From the NCBI GenBank assembly GCA_009694725.1, contig SICV01000002.1:26966-90965 (forward strand): a stretch of 64,000 nt of DNA. The letters are read 5' to 3'. Source of the DNA: Candidatus Pacearchaeota archaeon (GTDB lineage Archaea; Nanobdellota; Nanobdellia; Pacearchaeales; GW2011-AR1). Positions within the stretch are counted from its first letter, which is position 1. Each line of letters begins with the position of its first letter. A program made the position numbers and the translations under genes. Below the pieces are notes generated by a model, which was not told the origin of the DNA, ran no database searches, and saw only the letters and a program-made list of their open reading frames with translations. Shown here piece by piece: positions 1-8,513 of the stretch.

Positions 1-11
1 TTTATACTTTC

Positions 12-1544
12 TTAGAAGAACTTACTTATCTTTGTGTTCTTATTTTGTGCGTGGATTTCTTTTTGAATGGTTTCGATGGTGGTGTGCATCTTTTTTTCTT
101 TTCTGATGGATGAGTAGTGGTTAATTTCATCCCGGGTGTCCTTGGTGATGAGCATGATGAGTTTGCCGGGAGCGAGTCTCGCGGTTCTGCCCGCTCGCTG
201 GATTTTTCGGATTGCGGAAGCTACGGGTTCATAGAAGATGACCGCATTTACTTCAGGGATGTCGAGCCCTTCTTCTCCGATTGAAGTGGCTATGAGCACA
301 TTTTTTTCCAGGGCTTTGAATTGCTCGATGATTGCTTTTTGTTCTTTTTGGGAGAGTCCTCGTCCCGCTTTCTTTGCTTGACCGATGAACATGACTGGTC
401 GGGCGTGGAGTACTTTTTCTAATCGGGCTCTAATTGCCTCTGCTGTGTCTCTAAATTGGGTAAAGACAATAAGTTTTGCGTTTGTATTTTCTGTGAATTC
501 TTTTTCCGCGATTATTGCTAATTCTTCTACTTTGGGATGTTCGAATCCTTTGGCGAGGAGCTGGGTGAGGGAGAGTTGGGTTGCTCTGAATTCTGGTTGC
601 TTGACCAGTTGTTGGACTCCCTTACTTTGTTGCTCTTCTGCTTGCTTATCGAGGTTATCCAGGTATAATTTGAGCCCGGCGAGCGATTGGGTTTCTACGA
701 GTTCTATTGCATGTGCAATCTTCAGGGCTTGGGAGGTGAGAGACATACCTCGGAATTTCTGCACGCCTGCTCCTTGCATGGCGAGTCTTGCTTGGAGTGT
801 AATAAGGGTGATTCGATTGACCGGGCCGAAGAGGACGCCGAGGCCCCGGAGCTCGTCCGTTTTTTTATTATAGATTCGTGTGAGGAGCACTTTGAGCTCG
901 ATGAGTTCTGTGGGAAACGGGACTTCTACTTTTGTGAATTCTAGTTCTTTGAGGTACGGTTTGACATCCAAGGAGTCGCGGGTTCTCAGCTCTATTGTTT
1001 CGATGGCTAAGTGGTTGCAGATTTGTCTCACGATGTCAGGATCTGAGCCTGGGCTTGCAGTAAGTCCGAGAATGCGCGGATGGAGAGATTGTTGCTTGTA
1101 TGCTTGGACAACTTTGGTGTAATCGTATTGCTTGAGACAGCGATGGGCTTCATCAATAATAATGAGCGAAACATCGTGGAGTGAGTAGAGGTGTTTGGCA
1201 AGATCATTGGCAATGCATTGAGGAGTAGATAGGATTATTTCTCCCGTGTTGAAGAGTTTTTTTCGTTCAGGTGCTTTGATTTCTCCGGTAAACATGATGC
1301 GTTCGGCAAAGAGCTCAGGGAGTTGTTTGTTTACATAGTCGTAATGTTGTTCTACTAAGGGCTTGGTAGGGGCAAGAAAGAGAATCTTTGAACCGGGATG
1401 TTCTCTGAGTCGATGGATGAGGAGATGGAGTGCAATGAGGGTTTTGCCGACCCCTGTTGGTAATACGACAAGAGTGTTTTTCTCTTTGCATGATTCGAGA
1501 ATGGTTGCTTGATAGTCTCGTAATGTAAGTAGATTGGGGAGCAT
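12..1544 (-). CDS. hef: Hef/Mph1(FANCM)-like SF2 DEAH helicase without a C-terminal ERCC4 nuclease domain
   Basis: Motifs LPTGVGKT, DEAH, GLTASPG, TSIGEEGLD, QRAGRTAR. Confidence 0.85.
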   Translation of the reverse strand: MLPNLLTLRDYQATILESCKEKNTLVVLPTGVGKTLIALHLLIHRLREHPGSKILFLAPTKPLVEQHYDYVNKQLPELFAERIMFTGEIKAPERKKLFNTGEIILSTPQCIANDLAKHLYSLHDVSLIIIDEAHRCLKQYDYTKVVQAYKQQSLHPRILGLTASPGSDPDIVRQICNHLAIETIELRTRDSLDVKPYLKELEFTKVEVPFPTELIELKVLLTRIYNKKTDELRGLGVLFGPVNRITLITLQARLAMQGAGVQKFRGMSLTSQALKIAHAIELVETQSLAGLKLYLDNLDKQAEEQQSKGVQQLVKQPEFRATQLSLTQLLAKGFEHPKVEELAIIAEKEFTENTNAKLIVFTQFRDTAEAIRARLEKVLHARPVMFIGQAKKAGRGLSQKEQKAIIEQFKALEKNVLIATSIGEEGLDIPEVNAVIFYEPVASAIRKIQRAGRTARLAPGKLIMLITKDTRDEINHYSSIRKEKKMHTTIETIQKEIHAQNKNTKISKFF

Positions 1545-1591
1545 ACGTTTGTTATTTTCTTCAGGTATAAAGGGTTATTGCTTGTCTCAAA

Positions 1592-1924
1592 TTATCTTTT
1601 TCTTTTCTTTTGTTGTTTTTTTATGCTTTCGTATATCTTTCCAATTCCAGTCCCGATTCCGAAAGCAATTGCCATACTACATAGAATTACTAAAATCATT
1701 AAGAGCGGTTCTATTTTATCACACGCCCCATTGTCCGCAAGGGGATTACATCCAAAAATTGAAGTAACTGTGAATGCAATTATGAGTGAAGGGATAAGGA
1801 TTACTGAAAGAATAGTGTTTAGAAAACTATTTTCTGTTGATTCATCTGAAGCGTTTAACCATATTGCACCGAGCCCAAGAAAAAAACTACCGCGATTATA
1901 CCTCCCCTCTTCCAATATGGCCAC
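1592..1924 (-). CDS. Hypothetical membrane protein
   Basis: Three hydrophobic segments and a basic tail; AT-rich; start uncertain. Confidence 0.55.
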   Translation of the reverse strand: MAILEEGRYNRGSFFLGLGAIWLNASDESTENSFLNTILSVILIPSLIIAFTVTSIFGCNPLADNGACDKIEPLLMILVILCSMAIAFGIGTGIGKIYESIKKQQKKRKR

Positions 1925-1970
1925 TCTTTCCAGTTCATTCTTCTTCCTCTTTACTCTTCTTTAATTACTT

Positions 1971-2615
1971 TTAGAATTTTCCTGCGAGGAGGAGAGCGTA
2001 GATGACCAGGATAGTTGTGCCGAGGAGGCAGAGGGTATAGAGGACGCGTGAGCCGAAGAAGAGCTGGGTACCATCGAGCTTGGAGAATGGAATCATTGAA
2101 GCTACGGCATACCAGGCAGTCATTTGGACTAAGTATTCATGTCCTCCGAGGTAGGCGAGGAAGGCGAGAATCCAGAGTCCAAGCATACCGAGTGCTCCGA
2201 TGAGTGCGTTATGCCACTCAGTCATTGCGGCATAACTATAGAATCCAAATCGTTTTGCTGCACGATGGGTTGCTGCACGTGTTTCATAGGTGAGAAATGC
2301 AGGGAATTTAATGAGTCCCAGGGTGAAAAGCGAAAGGACAAGAGGGAATATCATTCCTGCGGGAAATCCTTGACTCAAGTAGTGATGTTTCTTGAATCCA
2401 AATCGATGAAGGGTCCAGAGTTCATGTTCAACGTCTGCATCTAAGAGGTGCGCACCTATTTTTTTGCTTGCTACTGCAACAGCGACAAGAATGAGGCTGT
2501 AGGTGAGTATTTGCGGGATGACTTCCGCTCCTTGTTCGAGGCTTGGGGCAAATGCGCTGGTGATTCCGAGGATGAGTATTGCGCCGAGTATGTGCAGGAA
2601 TTCACGTTTATTCAT
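1971..2615 (-). CDS. Membrane protein, degenerate site-2 protease (M50)-like
   Basis: Multi-TM with SMIPFSKLDG resembling the NxxPxxxLDG motif; HExxH absent. Confidence 0.6.
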   Translation of the reverse strand: MNKREFLHILGAILILGITSAFAPSLEQGAEVIPQILTYSLILVAVAVASKKIGAHLLDADVEHELWTLHRFGFKKHHYLSQGFPAGMIFPLVLSLFTLGLIKFPAFLTYETRAATHRAAKRFGFYSYAAMTEWHNALIGALGMLGLWILAFLAYLGGHEYLVQMTAWYAVASMIPFSKLDGTQLFFGSRVLYTLCLLGTTILVIYALLLAGKF

Positions 2616-2727
2616 TCTTATCTACTTCTTTGGTTTTATATAAACACTCTGTTGGTGAGATGTAGTGTTTCATCATACGTGTTCTGTAAGCATAAAGTAT
2701 AAATAGTGGATTTTGAACTGCAGAGGT

Positions 2728-3021
2728 ATGTTACGAGTCAAAAAGATTAGTGAAGTTATTGGAAAGCATGTGTATACCGCTGATGGCGACTATTTTGGTC
2801 AGATTGAAGAGGTCACCTTAGTTGATAACAAAATTGAAGGGTGGCGCATTAAAGTTGGATCTGGATTGACTGCTGGTCTTGGTGGAGCTCGAGGAGTCAT
2901 TATCCCCCATCAATTTGTTCGGGCAATTGGGGATGTCTTTATTATTACGAAGGCGCAAGTGCCAAGTCGTGAAGAACCAATGGTTCCCGCTGCCGGTGGT
3001 AGCGATGATATGTTGATGTAA
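2728..3021 (+). CDS. PRC-barrel domain protein
   Basis: ISEVIGKHVYTADGDYFGQIEEV ... IIPHQFVRAIGDVFII is a typical PRC-barrel pattern. Confidence 0.85.
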   Translation: MLRVKKISEVIGKHVYTADGDYFGQIEEVTLVDNKIEGWRIKVGSGLTAGLGGARGVIIPHQFVRAIGDVFIITKAQVPSREEPMVPAAGGSDDMLM

Positions 3022-3159
3022 GTAACGTTTTTGTTTATTTTCTTGATTATTCTTTAGGTATTTGATGTACGCTGAGATGTGAGGTTTAAGTAATGGGTTT
3101 TTTGTTTGTTTTCATATTTTGAGCAGTATATTTATATAGGGGTTTTGGTTTTGCAGAGA

Positions 3160-3645
3160 ATGGATTTTTCCTTGTTCACGTCCTCGTTTGCACAAGCGCT
3201 GTTGGTGTTTGTATTGGTATTTGCCCTTATTTTTGCGATTTTACAGAAGACACAATTACTTGGTGCGAATAAGTCTCAGATTGATGCGCTTGTTGCGGGT
3301 TCGGCTGCATTGCTTGTTTTGAGCGCAGGGTATGCCCTTGAAATTATTCAAGGATTGATTCCGTTTTTAGCAGTTTCTCTTGTGGTGATTCTAGTGTTCT
3401 TGCTTCTTGCTGGCTTCTTTTGGAAAGAGTTTGAAGTTCCGGGTTGGATGAAGACGACTGCATTTGCACTTGCATTCGTTGCGGTTGTGATTGCGGTGTT
3501 GAATCTTACGGGGGGGTATGATCGTATTGCCGGATTCTTTAATGAATGGTCTTCTCTTTGGGGTAACGTATTACTGCTTGTTATTGTGGGTATTGCCATT
3601 GCAGTTGCACTTTCTTCGGGTAAATCCGGGGGAAAGAAAGACTAA
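3160..3645 (+). CDS. Multi-TM membrane protein, paralog 1 of a tandem trio
   Basis: LLVFVLVFALIFAILQKTQLLG motif shared with the next two genes. Confidence 0.8.
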   Translation: MDFSLFTSSFAQALLVFVLVFALIFAILQKTQLLGANKSQIDALVAGSAALLVLSAGYALEIIQGLIPFLAVSLVVILVFLLLAGFFWKEFEVPGWMKTTAFALAFVAVVIAVLNLTGGYDRIAGFFNEWSSLWGNVLLLVIVGIAIAVALSSGKSGGKKD

Positions 3646-3686
3646 CTAAACAGAAGATATAAAAAGAGGATTCACGAAACACAACT

Positions 3687-4169
3687 ATGGATATACAATC
3701 GATTCTGATGCAATGGCAGAGCGTTGGTGTGTTTGATTATCTTCTTCCGTTCTTATTGATTTTTGCCCTCGTATTTGGGATTATGCAAAAGACTAAGATT
3801 TTGGGTGATGAAAAAGGGATTAATGTTTTGGTGGGGATTGTTGTTTCGTTACTTGCACTTCAATTAGATCTTGTACCTCGATTTTTCCAGGAAGCCTTTC
3901 CTCGCCTGGCTGTAGGTCTTGTGGTCTTATTTTGTTTGATGATTCTTATGTATATGTTTATTGATGACAAGAGTGGCCCTGGACTTAATTATGGGCTTTT
4001 AGCTGTTGGTTTTGTCATTGCGATCGTCATCTTTAGTCAATCCTTTGAGCAATTTGGCTGGAGTGGCAGCTTTGGATATGATCAGTATGTGGGTTGGATT
4101 GTAGGGGCAGTGCTTTTGATTGGAGTGATTATCGCTATTTCCTCTTCGGGTTCAGGTAAACCGAAATAA
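3687..4169 (+). CDS. Multi-TM membrane protein, paralog 2
   Basis: LLPFLLIFALVFGIMQKTKILG motif. Confidence 0.85.
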   Translation: MDIQSILMQWQSVGVFDYLLPFLLIFALVFGIMQKTKILGDEKGINVLVGIVVSLLALQLDLVPRFFQEAFPRLAVGLVVLFCLMILMYMFIDDKSGPGLNYGLLAVGFVIAIVIFSQSFEQFGWSGSFGYDQYVGWIVGAVLLIGVIIAISSSGSGKPK

Positions 4170-4175
4170 TGTCCC

Positions 4176-4670
4176 ATGGTTGTTGATATTTCTGGTCTTG
4201 GGTATTTATTGCCTATTTGGTCGTTCTTGTTAGTGTTTATTATTTCATTTGCTGTAATGGTTTCTACGAAGATTGTGGGGGAGAATAAGTTTTGGTTAGT
4301 GTTTGTGTCATTTGTGCTCGCGACGTTGTTTATTACCGCCGCTGGAGCGCGAGAATATGTTGAGACTACGGCTCCCTGGGCAATTGTGATGTTGATCGTC
4401 GGATTCTTTATTTTGATGATTACTGGCTTTCTTGGCGGTAAGGCTAAGGAAATGCAAGGACCAGTTGGTATCGCATTAGTTATTGTCTTATTACTTATCT
4501 TTTTATTTGCTGCACTTAATATGTTCAGTGATCAGTTGTGGCAGTATACGCCTGACGGGTCTTCGATGAATCCATTTCTTTCGTGGGTGTATTCAGGGCC
4601 CGTTGCAGGAATGGTTATCTTATTAGCGGTGTGCGCGTTAGTTGGCTGGGTTTTGGTTAAGGTCAAGTAA
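4176..4670 (+). CDS. Multi-TM membrane protein, paralog 3
   Basis: LLPIWSFLLVFIISFAVMVSTKIVG motif. Confidence 0.8.
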   Translation: MVVDISGLGYLLPIWSFLLVFIISFAVMVSTKIVGENKFWLVFVSFVLATLFITAAGAREYVETTAPWAIVMLIVGFFILMITGFLGGKAKEMQGPVGIALVIVLLLIFLFAALNMFSDQLWQYTPDGSSMNPFLSWVYSGPVAGMVILLAVCALVGWVLVKVK

Positions 4671-4710
4671 CTTTGTTTGTGTATTGTAGGTTTGATTCTT
4701 TCGCTGTTAT

Positions 4711-4881
4711 GTCAAGGAACTTGATAGAAAACCACACTCTTTAGAGTGTGGTGGTTCCTTGAGCACAAGAGAATTTTTATCTGAAATTCTCTGTGCAGCA
4801 AATCGATAGATTTGCATGCATCCAAAACACGAGTGCCTGTTTCAAACCATGTCCTAAAGGACATGGTGGCACATCGTGTTT
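4711..4881 (+). ncRNA. Multi-hairpin non-coding element, copy 1 (structured RNA or IS200/IS605-like non-autonomous element)
   Basis: Stems accacactct/agagtgtggt, gcacaagagaattt/aaattctctgtgc, gcaaatc/gatttgc, accatgtcct/aggacatggt; homologous to 25532-25647. Confidence 0.6.
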
Positions 4882-5065
4882 ATGATCTTGTGTATGTTTT
4901 GATGAGTGGTTTAGGGAGCGTATTGGAAGGTGTATTTTCTTGTGATGCATCTCTTTTTTGCTTTTGGGTTGTTCGGCATCTAATGTATTTTTTGATGGTC
5001 TTGTTTGCCTGATATCTGATGTACGTTCTTGTGGGGTGTTGAGGGATCGTAGAAATCGAATGTAT

Positions 5066-5737
5066 TTATTCTGATTGAGCTTGAGTTTGGCGTGTTCTAT
5101 TTGGTGTTTGGGCTTGTGCTTGTGTTTGTGTTTGTTGCCCTCGGGCACCCATGGATTTGACTGTCTTTTGGGTTTCGATGAGTTCTCGCTTGACATCTTC
5201 AACATTGGTGAGATAATCCCCGACGCGTTGGAGGAGAGAGAGTTGGAGTTTATCAATGATGTTTTCAATGCGCTTGAGACGTTCATCAAGTGAGCGTAGT
5301 TGCGATTCGCTTGTTCCTTTGAAGATGGAGAGTTGATTGAGGGTGTTCTCTACACGGCTCATTTTTTCTGTTACAACTTGTTCTGCTATTTCTGTAATGG
5401 TGTCTCCGCTTACTCCCCCACTTCCTCCTCCTGAAGTATACGCATATTGTTGACTCTGATCTTGATAGGCTTGATCGGCGTATTGTTGTTGTGGTTGAGG
5501 TTCGGGTTGAGGGATTGCCATGGGGGTTGTATCCTGAGAGTATCCTGTTGCGGAGAGCGAGGGTTGAAGGTCTTGCTCATTTTGAGCAGGAGCATTGACT
5601 GCGTCTCGGATTGCTGAGGTTGCAAGCGCTTCAGTCACTTCTTGTGCGCGATATCCCCTTCTTGTCAGTAATTGACTAATTACTTCATCTGATGTGCCTT
5701 GTTGGCGTAATTGATAGACTTCATCTGTGAGGGTCAT
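5066..5737 (-). CDS. Hypothetical protein: small N-terminal helical domain, Q/P-rich linker, coiled coil
   Basis: Long ORF coupled to 5737..6012 by a stop/start overlap; heptad-rich C-terminal half. Confidence 0.75.
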   Translation of the reverse strand: MTLTDEVYQLRQQGTSDEVISQLLTRRGYRAQEVTEALATSAIRDAVNAPAQNEQDLQPSLSATGYSQDTTPMAIPQPEPQPQQQYADQAYQDQSQQYAYTSGGGSGGVSGDTITEIAEQVVTEKMSRVENTLNQLSIFKGTSESQLRSLDERLKRIENIIDKLQLSLLQRVGDYLTNVEDVKRELIETQKTVKSMGARGQQTQTQAQAQTPNRTRQTQAQSE

Positions 5738-6012
5738 TATGCTCTGAGCATATCCATTTGTCTTTGGATACTAGCTACCTCCTCTTTTCGTGCACTATTA
5801 TTTGCTTGTTCAGCAAGATTACGAGTGAGTTCTTTGAGGCGTTGGGTATCACTTTGCAGAGAAACGACTATTTTTTTTGTCTCTGTCAATTCTTGAATAA
5901 GTCCGTCTCGTAATTCAACGAGGGTTTGTCCTATTAAGAGCACCCTTTCTTTGAGTAGACGCTGTCGTTCCTCTGTATCACGAATACGTGCATCTGTTAT
6001 CACCTCAGACAT
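5737..6012 (-). CDS. Small coiled-coil protein
   Basis: Heptad pattern; divergent from the ATPase gene. Confidence 0.7.
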   Translation of the reverse strand: MSEVITDARIRDTEERQRLLKERVLLIGQTLVELRDGLIQELTETKKIVVSLQSDTQRLKELTRNLAEQANNSARKEEVASIQRQMDMLRA

Positions 6013-6095
6013 AGGACAGTATGGATGGAGGGGTTTAAAAATTGTTGTGGAGCAAACCCTTTTAATGAGAGGAGTCTAGACCGTTTTAGGTGATT

Positions 6096-8360
6096 ATGTT
6101 ATTCAAAGAAAAAGCCCTCTTGTATGCAACCGAATTGGAACGAAAACAAGGTGAAACGCTCTTGTATGTGAATTATTTACAAGCGCCCTTTGTTCCCAGC
6201 CTTATCGATGGTCCCGGGGTCATGGCACGGACAATTGATGCTTTGATTCAGCATCCCGAGGTGAGTGGTCTTGTATTTGTACAACAACGACACTATGCGT
6301 ATACCCATGCACAAGTGCGTCTTTTGAGTGAAATTGCACGTTTACACACTTTTTTAACTAAACATGAAAAGATCCTTTCTCTTGAACTTTTGAATTTGTT
6401 TGGATCGGGGGAATCTCTCTTTGCCGATATGCATTACCTTATGGATTTACTTCGACAAGACCCGATGAGTTGTTATACTGAAGTGAAACGACGAGCAGTA
6501 CAGCTACGAGTACAGGTGACAAGTGGACAGGTAGCTAATCAACAAGGACTTTTAGGGTATGTGCGTTTACTTGAGCGAATACAGGGATTATTAGAGGGAA
6601 CTACCCTCATTGGGCAGGGCATTACACGAGGAATTATTTCGGGGAAAGTTTTGTATCAAGAAGTATTTCGTCCTGCCATCTTGCCGAACTTTAGTTTTAC
6701 TCGTCTTGCTGCTCAATTTCCGTTACATTCTAAACTTGTTGATCAATATACTATTCGAAGTGGAGAGGAAGAAGCAACGGTTACTTTATTACAAGTTCCC
6801 AATGATGCAAAATATATTTATCATGTATTACCTCCTGAATACCTGTTATCTGAAGAGCACCATCTTCTTTTGATGGTTGCTCGTCAAGTATTAATTGAAC
6901 ACCGACCTAAGGCCGAAGAATTCACTGATCCTGAAAAAACGCGCTCTATCTTTATACAAGTTGCACGAGATTTGTTAATGGAGTTGGGGGGACAGCGAAA
7001 CATTGCCCTTTCTTATTCAGATCTTGAACGATTAAGTCATATTCTTGTTCGACATACTATTGGATTTGGTATTTTGGAAGTGTTGCTTTGGGATCAAAAA
7101 TTGCAAGACATTGCTTTGAATGCTCCTATTGCGCAAAATCCTATTTTTGTTCGGCATGAAACGTTTGATGCCTGTGTAACCAATGTTGTGCCGAGTTATG
7201 AAGATGCAGATTCCTGGGCAGGAAAATTACGTTTGCAATCAGGAAGACCTTTGGATGAAGCAAATCCTATTTTAGATACTGATTTAGTATTCGGAGGTAT
7301 ACGGGCGAGAGTTGCTGCTATCAAGGAACCGCTTTCTCCTGCAGGCTTGGCGTATGCATTACGTCGTCATCGTGATCAACCTTGGACACTTCCTTTGTTT
7401 ATTCAGCGTAAAATGTTGAATCCCCTTGCTGCAGGTTTATTGAGTTTCTTAATCGATGGAAGTCGTACGTTACTTGTCGCGGGTACGCGGAGTTCAGGGA
7501 AAACAAGCTTATTGGGAAGTTTATTGTTAGAAGTCATGCCCCAGCATCGTATTGTGGTTGTAGAGGATACGTTAGAATTGCCCGTTGATGCTTTGCGAGA
7601 GATAGGGTATGATATATTACGTATGAAAGTTCGTTCTGCTTTGGTTACGGGAAGTACCGAGGTGGAAGCATCTGAAGGTATTCGTACTTCGTTACGTTTA
7701 GGAGATTCGGCCCTTATTGTAGGAGAAGTACGAAGTGGAGAGGCAAAAGCATTGTATGAAGCAATGCGAGTTGGAGCTCTCGCAAATGTTGTTGCAGGGA
7801 CCATTCATGGCGATTCTCCGTATGGAGTATTTGATCGTGTGGTGAATGACTTGGGTGTGCCCACGACCAGTTTTAAGGCAACAGACATCATTGTGGTTGC
7901 CAATCCGGTACGCACACCCGATGGGCTTCACTCGGTTCGTCGCATTATGAGTATTACCGAAGTACGTAAACATTGGACAAAGGATCCGGTCGCTGAAGGG
8001 GGATTTGTTGATTTAATGCGGTATAATGTTGAAACTGATCAGCTTGAACCGACACCAGAATTATTAAATGGAGATTCTGAAATTGTGAAAGCGATAGCTG
8101 GAACGGTTAAAGGATGGGCAGGGAATTGGGATGCCGTCTGGGATAATATTTTGTTACGTGCTGATATGAATCAGGCATTAGTGGGAATTGCCGAACGATT
8201 GAAAAAGCCACTGCTTCTTGAAGCTCCGTTTCACGCTTTAGCGAATCATCATTTTCATCGCATTGCTGAACAGGTACACATTGAACGAGGATTACCTGAT
8301 AGAATCCTTGTTTTTGCTCGATGGGAAGCCTGGTTAGGACAGGCTGCGCAGGCGTTTTAG
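6096..8360 (+). CDS. Type II/IV secretion (VirB11/TadA/ArlI-like) ATPase
   Basis: Walker A GTRSSGKTS, Asp box VEDTLEL, Walker B LIVGEVR, His box GTIHG. Confidence 0.9.
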   Translation: MLFKEKALLYATELERKQGETLLYVNYLQAPFVPSLIDGPGVMARTIDALIQHPEVSGLVFVQQRHYAYTHAQVRLLSEIARLHTFLTKHEKILSLELLNLFGSGESLFADMHYLMDLLRQDPMSCYTEVKRRAVQLRVQVTSGQVANQQGLLGYVRLLERIQGLLEGTTLIGQGITRGIISGKVLYQEVFRPAILPNFSFTRLAAQFPLHSKLVDQYTIRSGEEEATVTLLQVPNDAKYIYHVLPPEYLLSEEHHLLLMVARQVLIEHRPKAEEFTDPEKTRSIFIQVARDLLMELGGQRNIALSYSDLERLSHILVRHTIGFGILEVLLWDQKLQDIALNAPIAQNPIFVRHETFDACVTNVVPSYEDADSWAGKLRLQSGRPLDEANPILDTDLVFGGIRARVAAIKEPLSPAGLAYALRRHRDQPWTLPLFIQRKMLNPLAAGLLSFLIDGSRTLLVAGTRSSGKTSLLGSLLLEVMPQHRIVVVEDTLELPVDALREIGYDILRMKVRSALVTGSTEVEASEGIRTSLRLGDSALIVGEVRSGEAKALYEAMRVGALANVVAGTIHGDSPYGVFDRVVNDLGVPTTSFKATDIIVVANPVRTPDGLHSVRRIMSITEVRKHWTKDPVAEGGFVDLMRYNVETDQLEPTPELLNGDSEIVKAIAGTVKGWAGNWDAVWDNILLRADMNQALVGIAERLKKPLLLEAPFHALANHHFHRIAEQVHIERGLPDRILVFARWEAWLGQAAQAF

Positions 8361-8513
8361 GTTTTCTTTTTATTTTTCTCGTCTATTATCTGATGTATGT
8401 ATTTGATGAGAGGTTCAGAGAAAAAGGAGATACCTGTGAAAGATAGGGTCGTTGGTATCTGATGTATGATTTGAGCATCTTTTTCAGAAGGGGCTTAGTT
8501 GGTTTTCTCTTAT

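Noticed and set aside
385..873. Antisense or alternate-frame ORFs (also 7403-7804, 25748-26209, 30014-30568, 31685-32467, 56867-57403)
   Set aside because: Shadow ORFs of well-supported genes.
4884..5041. Clustered copies of the dispersed motif as a degenerate CRISPR array
   Set aside because: Spacing is irregular, copies are divergent, and others are scattered over 47 kb.
4777..5289. 170-aa minus-strand ORF and 66-aa plus-strand ORF
   Set aside because: They overlap a better-supported gene and the hairpin/repeat region, and show no protein-like motifs.
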